A DNA stretch of 25,188 bases from a virus (taxonomy: Duplodnaviria > Heunggongvirae > Uroviricota > Caudoviricetes): positions 1 through 25,188 of the IMG/VR virus record IMGVR_UViG_2547132281_000006. One strand, written 5' to 3'. A program made the position numbers and the translations under genes. How positions within the stretch are numbered: the stretch's first letter is position 1; each line of letters starts with the position of its first letter. Under the pieces are notes generated by a model that saw nothing but the letters and a program-made list of their open reading frames with translations, had not been told where the DNA came from and did not search any database. This document shows, one piece after another, positions 17,832 to 25,188 of this stretch.

Positions 17832-18090
17832 GAATCACCCCCGCCTCTGGTTGTGTGTTAGCCTGATACTCGACAGGTAAGCCGTCGGTTGGGTTGGGAT
17901 AAGTACTGCCATCAATCTCGTGCGGAGTTACTATCCAGCCTGTTGCTTCGCACCAGCGTAAAATTTTTTTCCCCGTAAGTTTCGCCCGTCCGGTAATGAC
18001 ATGGCTTACCATCCCTTGGGTTACCCCAACAATTTCAGCAAAATGCTTCTGAGTTATACCGGAATGATGCAAATATTCTCCAAGATTCAT
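17815..18090 (-). CDS. Cro/YdaS/DicC-like HTH regulator, divergent from the repressor
   Basis: 91 aa; helix-turn-helix region GITQKHFAEIVGVTQGMVSHVITG; divergent from the repressor gene across an operator-containing intergenic region. Confidence 0.65.
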   Translation of the reverse strand: MNLGEYLHHSGITQKHFAEIVGVTQGMVSHVITGRAKLTGKKILRWCEATGWIVTPHEIDGSTYPNPTDGLPVEYQANTQPEAGVIHENQA

Positions 18091-18122
18091 TGTTCACCTC
18101 ATGTGATGTCATCACGATCATT

Positions 18123-18162
18123 AATAGCATTGTTATTTTTAAAAGTAAATAGCATCACTATT
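18123..18162. promoter_or_regulatory. Operator pair OR-like: two 15-bp palindromic sites (AATAG-N5-CTATT type), 25 bp apart
   Basis: AATAGCATTGTTATT (18123-18137) and AATAGCATCACTATT (18148-18162) in the divergent cro-like/repressor intergenic region; also palindrome TGATGTCATCA at 18104-18114. Confidence 0.5.
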
Positions 18163-18197
18163 TCAAAGAGATTAATAATCTTATTAGAATTGAAGGT

Positions 18198-18698
18198 ATG
18201 AAAAGAAAATCCCTGTCAGAGATCGACCTGCAAGCCGCCCAGAGACTGAAAGAAATCTGGACGGCGAAAAAAAATCAACTAGGGTTAACCCAAGAGCGTG
18301 CGGCAGAAATTCTGGGATTTTCGACACAGGGAGCTGTAAGCCATTATCTAAATGGTCAGACACCTTTAAATCTTGAGGCTGTTATCAAGTTCGCAGGGTT
18401 GCTGCAAGTTCCTCCCGAGTCAATCAGACCAGATATGGCCGAGTTGTTACAAATTGTAAGGATGTATCCCCAAGAATCTGGGGAGGACAATGTTGTCACT
18501 ATATCTGCAGATATGGAACAATCGGAAAACGAACTTCCGTTTAATATAGACCCCATGGAGCGGGATTTGCTCCAGACGTTCAGGGCTTTCCCCAAAGAAG
18601 ATAAAGAGAAAATGCTTAAGGAAATGAAGGAGAAAAAAGAATCAATTGAAGAAATCGTTGCGCGATGGCTAGCTGCGCAAAAGGGTCGTCGCGCCTAA
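18198..18698 (+). CDS. DicA-like prophage repressor (HTH, no LexA-type peptidase domain)
   Basis: 166 aa; HTH LGLTQERAAEILGFSTQGAVSHYLNG; C-terminal region resembles recalled DicA; no S24 peptidase motifs. Confidence 0.75.
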   Translation: MKRKSLSEIDLQAAQRLKEIWTAKKNQLGLTQERAAEILGFSTQGAVSHYLNGQTPLNLEAVIKFAGLLQVPPESIRPDMAELLQIVRMYPQESGEDNVVTISADMEQSENELPFNIDPMERDLLQTFRAFPKEDKEKMLKEMKEKKESIEEIVARWLAAQKGRRA

Positions 18699-18715
18699 TC
18701 TGAGGAGGTAAAAAC

Positions 18716-18907
18716 ATGAGTACAGCCCTTTCCCCGATAATTTCTGAATTTGAAACAGTCGAACAAGAAAACAGCTATAACGAATGGTTGCGAACCAAAG
18801 TGGCAGCAAGCCTCTCAGATCCCCGTCCTGCAATTCCACATGACGAAGTAATGGCTGAAATGGAAAACCTTATTGCTCAATTAGCTGCAACGAACAGGAG
18901 TGAGTAA
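18716..18907 (+). CDS. Type II antitoxin (ParD-like) paired with the downstream ParE/RelE toxin
   Basis: 63 aa; GAGGAGG SD; stop overlaps the toxin start (TAATG); acidic C-terminus. Confidence 0.65.
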   Translation: MSTALSPIISEFETVEQENSYNEWLRTKVAASLSDPRPAIPHDEVMAEMENLIAQLAATNRSE

Positions 18908-19197
18908 TGCTGCCCATTTTATGGCTACCTTCTGCACGTGATGATTTACGTCAGATCGTAGCCTATATTGCTAAGGAAAACCCTCCCGCTGCACGTAGAC
19001 TAAAAATACGCATTGAAACATCAGTTTTGTCACTTACTGAACACCCTTATCTGTACCCACCGAGCGAAAGAGTTCCAAGTCTTCGTGAGATAGTGACTCA
19101 TCCTAACTACATAATACTTTACCGAGTAACAGCATCTAACATCGAGATCGTAAATGTAGTTCACTCACGAAGACAGTATCCAAACAAAACCTGTTAA
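18907..19197 (+). CDS. ParE/RelE-family type II toxin
   Basis: 96 aa; LPSARDDL...YIILYRV...IEIVNVVHSRRQY pattern typical of ParE/RelE toxins. Confidence 0.8.
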   Translation: MLPILWLPSARDDLRQIVAYIAKENPPAARRLKIRIETSVLSLTEHPYLYPPSERVPSLREIVTHPNYIILYRVTASNIEIVNVVHSRRQYPNKTC

Positions 19198-19210
19198 TCC
19201 TTCCTGTCAA

Positions 19211-19235
19211 CAACCACCTTCGGGTGGTTTTTTTC
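19211..19235 (+). terminator. Intrinsic terminator ending the repressor/toxin-antitoxin operon
   Basis: AACCACC-TTCG-GGTGGTT followed by TTTTTTT. Confidence 0.7.
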
Positions 19236-19245
19236 TTGCCACGAT

Positions 19246-19285
19246 AATAGCACTGCTATTTACATAATTAAATAGTAGTGGTATT
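19246..19285. promoter_or_regulatory. Second operator pair with the same motif and spacing (OL-like), upstream of the ydfA-dicF-dicB operon
   Basis: AATAGCACTGCTATT (19246-19260, perfect palindrome) and AATAGTAGTGGTATT (19271-19285), again 25 bp apart. Confidence 0.5.
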
Positions 19286-19466
19286 GTTCATTCATCAACC
19301 CACCCCGCCCCACAGAACGCCAGGCAATACTTCGAGTTACCCGGCAGTGGTCAGGGGTTAAGTAGCCAGCCCGAGGCGTAAGAACATGACGGCAGGGTTC
19401 AACTTTAATAACTATGCAGCAGGTTTTTGTTCCGCTACCCCGGCGTTAAGGGGAAATGAGGTCAGC

Positions 19467-19619
19467 ATGGATACTATCGAGCTTGGCAACAACGAATCTC
19501 TGGTATGCGGCGTGTTTCCCAACCAGGACGGCACGTTTACCGCGATGACATATACCAGAAGCAAAACGTTTAAAACTGAAGCTGGCGCGCGTCGCTGGTT
19601 AACCAGAAACACTGACTGA
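19467..19619 (+). CDS. YdfA-like small protein
   Basis: 50 aa from internal ATG 19467 (GAGG SD); MDTIELGNNESLVCGVFPNQDGTFTAMTYTRSKTFKTE resembles recalled Qin YdfA. Confidence 0.6.
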   Translation: MDTIELGNNESLVCGVFPNQDGTFTAMTYTRSKTFKTEAGARRWLTRNTD

Positions 19620-19630
19620 TGAGGTTGACG

Positions 19631-20032
19631 ATGGAATTTAAAGATTTACCAGTACCATTCCAGGAAATGGCATCGAATGTGGTTCGCTCTCAACTGGCGA
19701 CTCTTGACCTGAGTACTGTAGAAAAGGAAACCATCGATACTATATCCGGTAACGTGCGTCGTGCCTTTATAGGTCTGTATGAAGAGAAGCGCCTATTCGG
19801 CGGACAGAATTCGCCTGAAAACAAGAATCAAGCAAATGATGAGAAGCTGAAACACATTATCGCCTTACTTTTGGAAGACGCAAAACGTCTACAGCAACTG
19901 GAACCAAATGCAGGCACAGAGGCCCGCATTTGGATTGCCATGAAATCACTCAAATGTGAAAGCAGTGATTATTTCAAAACAACAATTAAAACTACTCAAC
20001 TTTCGGGAGAGCTACTGAAGAAATTGCCATAA
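19631..20032 (+). CDS. Hypothetical ~133-aa protein (unknown family)
   Basis: ORF with GAGG SD before ATG 19631 (alternative ATG 19619 overlaps the ydfA-like stop as TGATG); helical-looking; 3' end overlaps the convergent minus-strand ORF by 41 bp. Confidence 0.5.
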   Translation: MEFKDLPVPFQEMASNVVRSQLATLDLSTVEKETIDTISGNVRRAFIGLYEEKRLFGGQNSPENKNQANDEKLKHIIALLLEDAKRLQQLEPNAGTEARIWIAMKSLKCESSDYFKTTIKTTQLSGELLKKLP

Positions 20033-20273
20033 GAGCATGGTCTTTCTCTTGTTCTGCAAGATGAGCATTAATACCTGGTATGGTTTTTTCAAATTTATCT
20101 ATCTGTTGAATAACAACTTCGCGGTATACGTTTGTTTTTGTACCACCAAGCGCAGCCGTTAATGCAGAAAGCATATTTAGTATCATATCAGTGCGATATG
20201 AAAGAATCCTGATAGCTTCATCTTGTTTTTCAATAATAGATTGCAGGGCCTCAATTTGCTTTTTATCCATTTC
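19992..20273 (-). CDS. Hypothetical 93-aa coiled-coil-like protein, antisense within the early-left operon
   Basis: ATG at 20273 preceded by strong SD GGAGGG; AT-rich; sequence MDKKQIEALQSIIEKQDEAIRILSYRTDMILNMLSALTAAL. Confidence 0.45.
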   Translation of the reverse strand, partial: EMDKKQIEALQSIIEKQDEAIRILSYRTDMILNMLSALTAALGGTKTNVYREVVIQQIDKFEKTIPGINAHLAEQEKDHALMAISSVALPKVE

Positions 20274-20602
20274 ACCCTCCTGAGGGTTGGTAATTAAGGA
20301 GTTCTCCACGGGTCAGGTGGAGTGCGTGCGCCGGACACGGGTGAACATCCGGCACTGACAGTTTACTGAAAGGATATGTCCCTGAAAAGTCAGGGCATAA
20401 AGCGAAAGCGCACGGCGAAATTGGTCTCTCTGTACGGTGTCGTTAAATTTAGTTCGACCGTGCGCTTCCGGTTGTGGCACTCCGCGAAATGGCGCGGCGG
20501 TAAGTATGGCGGGGTTATTCCTTCCCCCGTTGAGGACACCGGGTTGTCAGGTTGACCATACGCTTAAGTGACAACTCCGCTGCAACGCCCTCTGTTATCA
20601 AT

Positions 20603-20655
20603 TTTCTGGTGACTTTTGGCGGTATCAGTTTTACTCCGTGACTGCTCTGCCGCCC
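20603..20655 (+). ncRNA. dicF: DicF small RNA (ftsZ-targeting sRNA of Qin-type prophages)
   Basis: TTTCTGGTGACTTTTGGCGGTATCAGTTTTACTCCGTGACTGCTCTGCCGCCC followed by TTTTT matches recalled K-12 DicF with ~2 substitutions; lies immediately upstream of the dicB-like gene. Confidence 0.8.
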
Positions 20656-20829
20656 TTTTTAAAGTGAATTTTGTGATGTGGTGAATGCGGCTGAGCGCAC
20701 GCGGAACAGTTAAAACCAAAAACAGTGTTATGGGTGGATTCTCTGTATCCGGCGTTAATTGTTAACTGGTTAACGTCACCTGGAGGCACCAGGCACCGCA
20801 TCACAAAATTCATTGTTGAGGACGCGATA

Positions 20830-21018
20830 ATGGAAACGTTATTACCAAACGTTAATACGTCTGAAGGTTGTTTTGATATTGGTGTTCTGCTCAGTAACCG
20901 GGAGTTTACGGAAGATGCCATTAAGATGAGAAAATATGAACCTTATCTTCTCAATGATAATTCCATACTTTCCAGAATTGCCCTTCTTGAACTTGGTATT
21001 ATCGGAGAACAGCAGTGA
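20830..21018 (+). CDS. dicB: DicB-like cell-division inhibitor
   Basis: 62 aa from ATG 20830 (GAGGA SD); METLLPNVNTSEGCFDIGV...FTEDAI matches the recalled K-12 DicB N-terminal half. Confidence 0.75.
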   Translation: METLLPNVNTSEGCFDIGVLLSNREFTEDAIKMRKYEPYLLNDNSILSRIALLELGIIGEQQ

Positions 21019-21203
21019 CTTCAGCATTTGCACTGGTGATGACCGTTTTTCTTATAACGGGTGAGCCACAAAATGTGATTACCGGAATTTATGACAGTAA
21101 GTCATCCTGCATTCAGGTAAGGGACGAACAAAAAATCCCCGGTGAATGCCTCCCGTTAAAAAAAGTATCGCTGAACCTGAATAACGAAATACCGGCTGGA
21201 TAA
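21015..21203 (+). CDS. Small membrane protein in the ydfD position
   Basis: 62 aa from a GTG start overlapping the dicB stop (alternative ATG at 21039); N-terminal hydrophobic segment SAFALVMTVFLITG. Confidence 0.45.
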   Translation: MTSAFALVMTVFLITGEPQNVITGIYDSKSSCIQVRDEQKIPGECLPLKKVSLNLNNEIPAG

Positions 21204-21298
21204 CCCGCCAGCCATATTAACGCCATACCAACGGATTAAAAATGCCAGCAATGGCAGGGATTCGTTCACCCTGAAATCTGTAATGAGGTTAAAACAAA

Positions 21299-23770
21299 AT
21301 GAGTAAAGTCTTTATTTGCGCCGCCATTCCGGACGAACAGGCAATAAAGGAAGAAGGTGCCGTCGCTGTAGCCACTGCCATTGAAGCCGGTGATGAACGT
21401 CGCGCCCGCGCAAAATTTCACTGGCAATTCCTGGAACATTATCCGGCTGCTCAGGACTGCGCTTATAAATTTCTTGTCTGCGAGGATAAACCCGGTATAC
21501 CCCGCCCTGCCCTCGATTCCTGGGATGCTGAATATATGCAGGAAAACCGCTGGGATGAGGAATCCGCTTCCTTTATTCCGGTCGAATCAGAATCCGATCC
21601 GATGAACGTCAATTTTGACAAGCTGTCCCTTGAAGTACAGAACGCGGTCCTGGTTAAGTTCGACACATGTGAAAACATCACCGTTGATATGGTTATTAGC
21701 GCACAGGAATTGTTGCAGGAAGACATGGCAACATTCGACGGACATATCGTTGAAGCGTTGATGAAAATGCCAGAAGTTAACGCCATGTATCCGGAGCTTA
21801 AGCTGCATGCCATCGGGTGGGTTAAGCATAAATGTAAGCCTGGTGCCAAATGGCCCGAAATTCAGGCAGAGATGCGCATCTGGAAAAAACGTCGCGAAGG
21901 TGAACGCAAGGAAACCGGAAAATACACGTCTGTTGTTGATCTCGCCCGCGCCAGAACCAATCAACAGCACAGTGAAAATTCAACAGGAAAAATCAGCCCG
22001 GTCATTGCTGCCATTCATCGCGAATACAAGCAGACATGGAAAACACTGGATGACGAACTGGCCTACGCTCTCTGGCCTGGTGATGTGGATGCCGGAAACA
22101 TTGACGGCAGCATCCATCGCTGGGCAAAAAATGAAGTTATCGACAACGACCGCGAAGACTGGAAGCGTATCTCGGCATCAATGCGCAAACAGCCTGATGC
22201 CCTTCGCTACGACCGCCAGACTATTTTTGGCCTTGTCCGTGAACGTCCGATCGACATTCACAAAGACCCTGTGGCACTGAACAAATACATTACTGAATAC
22301 CTGACTACAAAGGGCGTGTTTGAAGATGAAGGAAGAAATCAGAGCGCAACTGATACTCTCTCGTCGCCAGTACCAGAAACTGATGCAGTGGAAACGGCAA
22401 TTCCGGACAACGAAAAAACCGAATGCAAAGTGGAAGTCGAACCATCTGTAGAGCGTGAGGGGCCGTTCTACTTCCTCTTCACCGACAAGGATGGCGAAAA
22501 ATACGGTCGCGCAAACAAACTTTCTGGTCTGGATAAGGCGCTGGCTGCCGGGGCTACTGAAATCACGAAAGAAGAATATTTCGCCCGCAAAAACAGTACA
22601 TACTCAGGTTCACAACAAAATACTGGTGTATCTGACACGATCGCACAACCAGAGCCGGTAAAAGTTACCGCTGACGAAGTAAACAAAATTATGCAGGCAG
22701 CCAATATCAGCCAGCCTGACGCCAATAAGTTGCTTGCTGTATCACGTGGTGAATTTGTTGCAGGGATTAGCGACCCGAATGATCCGAAATGGGTGAAGGG
22801 GATTGAAACCCGCGATTCAGTGAATCAGAACCAGCAAGAAACGGAAAAGAACGGCCAGAAAGCGGAACAAAACAGCCCAAATGCGTTACAAAACGAGCCA
22901 GAAACGAAACAACCTGAACCAGTAGCGCAACAGGAACCGGAAAAAGTCTGCACCGCCTGCGGTCAGACCGGCGGCGGCAACTGCCCTGATTGTGGCGCGG
23001 TGATGGGCGACGCAACATACCAGGAAACATTCGATGAAGAGTATCAGGTTGAAGTTCAGGAAGATGATCCGGAGAAAATGGAAGGCGCTGAACATCCACA
23101 CAAGGAGAATGCTGGCAGCGCTCAGGACCACGCCAGCGATAGTGAAACTGGCGAGACGGCAGATCCCTTAATTACGGTGAACGGTCATCACGTTATCACA
23201 TCCACCAGCAGGACGTGTGACCATCTAATGATCGACCTTGAAACCATGGGAAAAAATCCTGATGCCCCGATCATCTCAATAGGTGCAATATTTTTCGATC
23301 CGCAAACCGGAGATATGGGACCGGAATTTAGTAAGACTATCGATCTGGAAACTGCTGGCGGAGTCATTGATCGGGACACCATTAAATGGTGGCTTAAGCA
23401 ATCACGCGAAGCGCAATCTGCCATTATGACCGATGAAATCCCGTTAGATGATGCACTGTTACAATTGCGGGAATTTATCGACGAAAACTCCGGTGAATTT
23501 TTTGTTCAGGTCTGGGGAAATGGAGCCAACTTCGACAACACGATTTTGCGCCGTTCATACGAACGGCAGGGGATCCCCTGCCCGTGGCGTTACTACAACG
23601 ATCGCGATGTACGCACAATCGTTGGGCTGGGGAAAGCCATAGACTTCGATGCCAGAACGGCTATTCCATTCGAAGGTGAGCGCCATAATGCACTTGATGA
23701 CGCCCGTTACCAGGCAAAATACGTTTCAGCTATCTGGCAAAAACTGATCCCGAGTCAGGCTGATTTTTAA
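21299..23770 (+). CDS. Large early protein with C-terminal DnaQ-like DEDDh 3'-5' exonuclease domain
   Basis: 823 aa; C-terminal motifs MIDLETMG (Exo I), VWGNGANFDNTIL (Exo II), HNALDDARYQAKY (Exo III); CxxC-N7-CxxC (CTACGQTGGGNCPDCG); acidic Q/E/P-rich linker. Confidence 0.75.
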   Translation: MSKVFICAAIPDEQAIKEEGAVAVATAIEAGDERRARAKFHWQFLEHYPAAQDCAYKFLVCEDKPGIPRPALDSWDAEYMQENRWDEESASFIPVESESDPMNVNFDKLSLEVQNAVLVKFDTCENITVDMVISAQELLQEDMATFDGHIVEALMKMPEVNAMYPELKLHAIGWVKHKCKPGAKWPEIQAEMRIWKKRREGERKETGKYTSVVDLARARTNQQHSENSTGKISPVIAAIHREYKQTWKTLDDELAYALWPGDVDAGNIDGSIHRWAKNEVIDNDREDWKRISASMRKQPDALRYDRQTIFGLVRERPIDIHKDPVALNKYITEYLTTKGVFEDEGRNQSATDTLSSPVPETDAVETAIPDNEKTECKVEVEPSVEREGPFYFLFTDKDGEKYGRANKLSGLDKALAAGATEITKEEYFARKNSTYSGSQQNTGVSDTIAQPEPVKVTADEVNKIMQAANISQPDANKLLAVSRGEFVAGISDPNDPKWVKGIETRDSVNQNQQETEKNGQKAEQNSPNALQNEPETKQPEPVAQQEPEKVCTACGQTGGGNCPDCGAVMGDATYQETFDEEYQVEVQEDDPEKMEGAEHPHKENAGSAQDHASDSETGETADPLITVNGHHVITSTSRTCDHLMIDLETMGKNPDAPIISIGAIFFDPQTGDMGPEFSKTIDLETAGGVIDRDTIKWWLKQSREAQSAIMTDEIPLDDALLQLREFIDENSGEFFVQVWGNGANFDNTILRRSYERQGIPCPWRYYNDRDVRTIVGLGKAIDFDARTAIPFEGERHNALDDARYQAKYVSAIWQKLIPSQADF

Positions 23771-23831
23771 TGTTCAACCGTCGCCAGTTGTCGTTGATAT
23801 TCTGCAACTGGCGCGTTCCGGAGTGATAGCC

Positions 23832-24101
23832 ATGAGCGAACAGTACCTGATAACGCTCGACGAGTGGAAACCAAAACGGTTCAGTCTCCCAATAACAAAC
23901 ACTACCCTGGTGAAATACGGAAAACTAGGATACATCGTTCCAAGACCACAAAAAATTCGTGGGCGTTGGCTGATAGATCGCCGAGCAGTATTTGTTGGGC
24001 CTGGTGAAACGGGAATTGCGCCGGAAATTCATACTGGCGATGATGATGCACTGAAGGAGATTTTAACTCATGTCACCGAGGCCACGAAAAAACAGCACTG
24101 A
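23832..24101 (+). CDS. xis: Excisionase (lambda Xis-like)
   Basis: 89 aa from ATG 23832 (GGAG SD); YLITLDEWKPKR...PRPQKIRGRWL resembles recalled lambda Xis; 3' end overlaps the int start by 32 nt. Confidence 0.7.
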   Translation: MSEQYLITLDEWKPKRFSLPITNTTLVKYGKLGYIVPRPQKIRGRWLIDRRAVFVGPGETGIAPEIHTGDDDALKEILTHVTEATKKQH

Positions 24102-25188
24102 CGTAGCCGGTCTTTACGAAAAGTTTGATCGCAGAACTGGCAGAGTTTACTACCAGTATAAAAATCCTGTGACTGGAAAATTTCACGGACTCGGAACAGA
24201 CAAAGGTAAGGCAGAAAAAATCGCTTCCACAGCCAATCAGCGAATAGCTGCAGCAGAAGCTGAATATTTCATGCGCAAAATTGATGAAAGTCCGTCAGCA
24301 ACAAAACGTCGGGGTATCAGATTAAAGGCATGGGTTGATCGATATCTGAAAATACAGGACACGCGACTGAAAAATGGAGATATTGCAGCTACAACTCACA
24401 AAGAAAAAACTCGAATGGCTGCATACCTGGTTTCCCGTCTGGGAAACCACCCATTGAAAGAACTGGAAGTAAGAGACTTTGCATTAATACTGGATGAGTG
24501 GCTGGATAAAGACATGGTCAGCACAGCGAGAGTAAATCGTGGATTATGGGTTGATATTTATAAAGAAGCACAGCATGCAGGGGAAGTTCCTCCTGGATGG
24601 AATCCTCCGGAGGCTACCCGTAAACCGATCCCTAAAGTAACCAGAGCCAGGCTCACCATGGAAGACTGGCAAAAAATTTACAATGCAACGCCTGAAAAAC
24701 ACTTTATCCGTAACGCAATGCTTCTTGCGATTGTTACTGGTCAGCGCCGTGATGACATTTGCCACATGCGTTTTTCAGATGTGTGGAACGAACACTTGCA
24801 TATCACCCAGGGAAAAACCGGAATGCGTCTGGCGTTACCGCTTACACTACGCTGTGATGCCATTGGGATAACGTTAAAAGAAGTTATTGATGGGTGCCGA
24901 GACAGAATATTAAGTCCATATCTAATCCATAGTCGGCACCAGAAACAACCGAAGCCGATGAGTAAAGACAACCTGAGCGACTACTTTGCCAAAGCACGGG
25001 ATCTGGCTGGGATAATTCCACCAGCAGGAAAAACTCCGCCAACATTTCATGAACAACGCTCTCTATCAGAACGGCTGTACCGTGCACAGGGTATCGATAC
25101 AAAAACATTACTAGGACATAAAGTCCAGGCAACCACCGATCGCTATAACGATACTCGAGGTCAGGAATGGGTTAAGCTGGTTATTTGA
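24070..25188 (+). CDS. int: Tyrosine integrase (lambda Int family)
   Basis: 372 aa; arm-binding N-terminus (GRVYYQYKNPVTGKFHGLG), catalytic-core blocks (LLAIVTGQRRDDIC, HEQRSLSERLY, LLGHK...TTDRY) co-linear with recalled lambda Int. Confidence 0.9.
   Translation: MSPRPRKNSTDVAGLYEKFDRRTGRVYYQYKNPVTGKFHGLGTDKGKAEKIASTANQRIAAAEAEYFMRKIDESPSATKRRGIRLKAWVDRYLKIQDTRLKNGDIAATTHKEKTRMAAYLVSRLGNHPLKELEVRDFALILDEWLDKDMVSTARVNRGLWVDIYKEAQHAGEVPPGWNPPEATRKPIPKVTRARLTMEDWQKIYNATPEKHFIRNAMLLAIVTGQRRDDICHMRFSDVWNEHLHITQGKTGMRLALPLTLRCDAIGITLKEVIDGCRDRILSPYLIHSRHQKQPKPMSKDNLSDYFAKARDLAGIIPPAGKTPPTFHEQRSLSERLYRAQGIDTKTLLGHKVQATTDRYNDTRGQEWVKLVI

Larger units (their letters stand above)
1..25188. mobile_element. 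Lambdoid (Qin/DLP12-like) prophage, partial and apparently defective; both boundaries lie outside the window
   Basis: Contiguous phage modules: int/xis, immunity, Q, lysis, cos, terminase, portal, protease, D, tfa. Window ends exactly at the int stop codon and starts inside a tfa remnant. Confidence 0.9.

Noticed and set aside
21463-21970. Minus-strand ORFs inside the 823-aa gene
   Set aside because: Antisense overlap; no SD; low-complexity translation.
1-25188. CRISPR arrays, IS elements/transposases, integrons
   Set aside because: No regularly spaced short repeats, no transposase-like ORF, no terminal inverted repeats beyond the regulatory palindromes described.
1-25188. Capsid-forming phage-inducible chromosomal island or satellite interpretation
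   Set aside because: Gene content (Q, lysis cassette, NanS-p, lambda cos/terminase, DicA/DicB early arm) is that of a lambdoid prophage with deletions; no satellite hallmark genes seen. Helper dependence remains possible.

Overview
This 25.2-kb window is almost entirely a lambdoid prophage of the Qin/DLP12 type (enterobacterial, most likely Escherichia), with both ends outside the window. All calls are from reading the sequence and recalled protein families; no searches were run. The late operon runs on the minus strand (high to low coordinates): Cro/YdaS-like regulator, an overlapping ORF, RusA, a lambda-type Q antiterminator, a pR'-like promoter and tR'-like terminator, a small ORF, an orphan beta-class DNA methyltransferase, three tRNA genes (CAT, Arg-TCG, Arg-TCT), an AT-rich locus where Stx phages carry stx (no stx here), NanS-p esterase, a lysis cassette (S21-like holin, YdfR-like, lysozyme, Rz/Rz1) interrupted by two insertions, a lambda-like cos site, terminase Nu1/A, W, portal B, protease/scaffold C and decoration protein D. 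The major capsid gene is then cut after about 55 codons and joined next to a tail-fibre assembly gene, so the capsid/tail module is missing and the prophage looks defective. A SAM-dependent methyltransferase gene on the plus strand sits between direct repeats of the tfa 3' end. The plus-strand early arm (18.2 kb onward) carries a DicA-like repressor co-operonic with a ParD/ParE-type toxin-antitoxin pair, a YdfA-like gene, two unknown convergent overlapping genes, dicF sRNA, a DicB-like division inhibitor, a small membrane protein, an 823-aa protein with a C-terminal DEDDh exonuclease domain, Xis and Int. The best candidates for an undescribed system are the toxin-antitoxin pair in the immunity operon, the unknown convergent gene pair upstream of dicF, and the small insertions inside the lysis cassette; none can be assigned a function from sequence alone.
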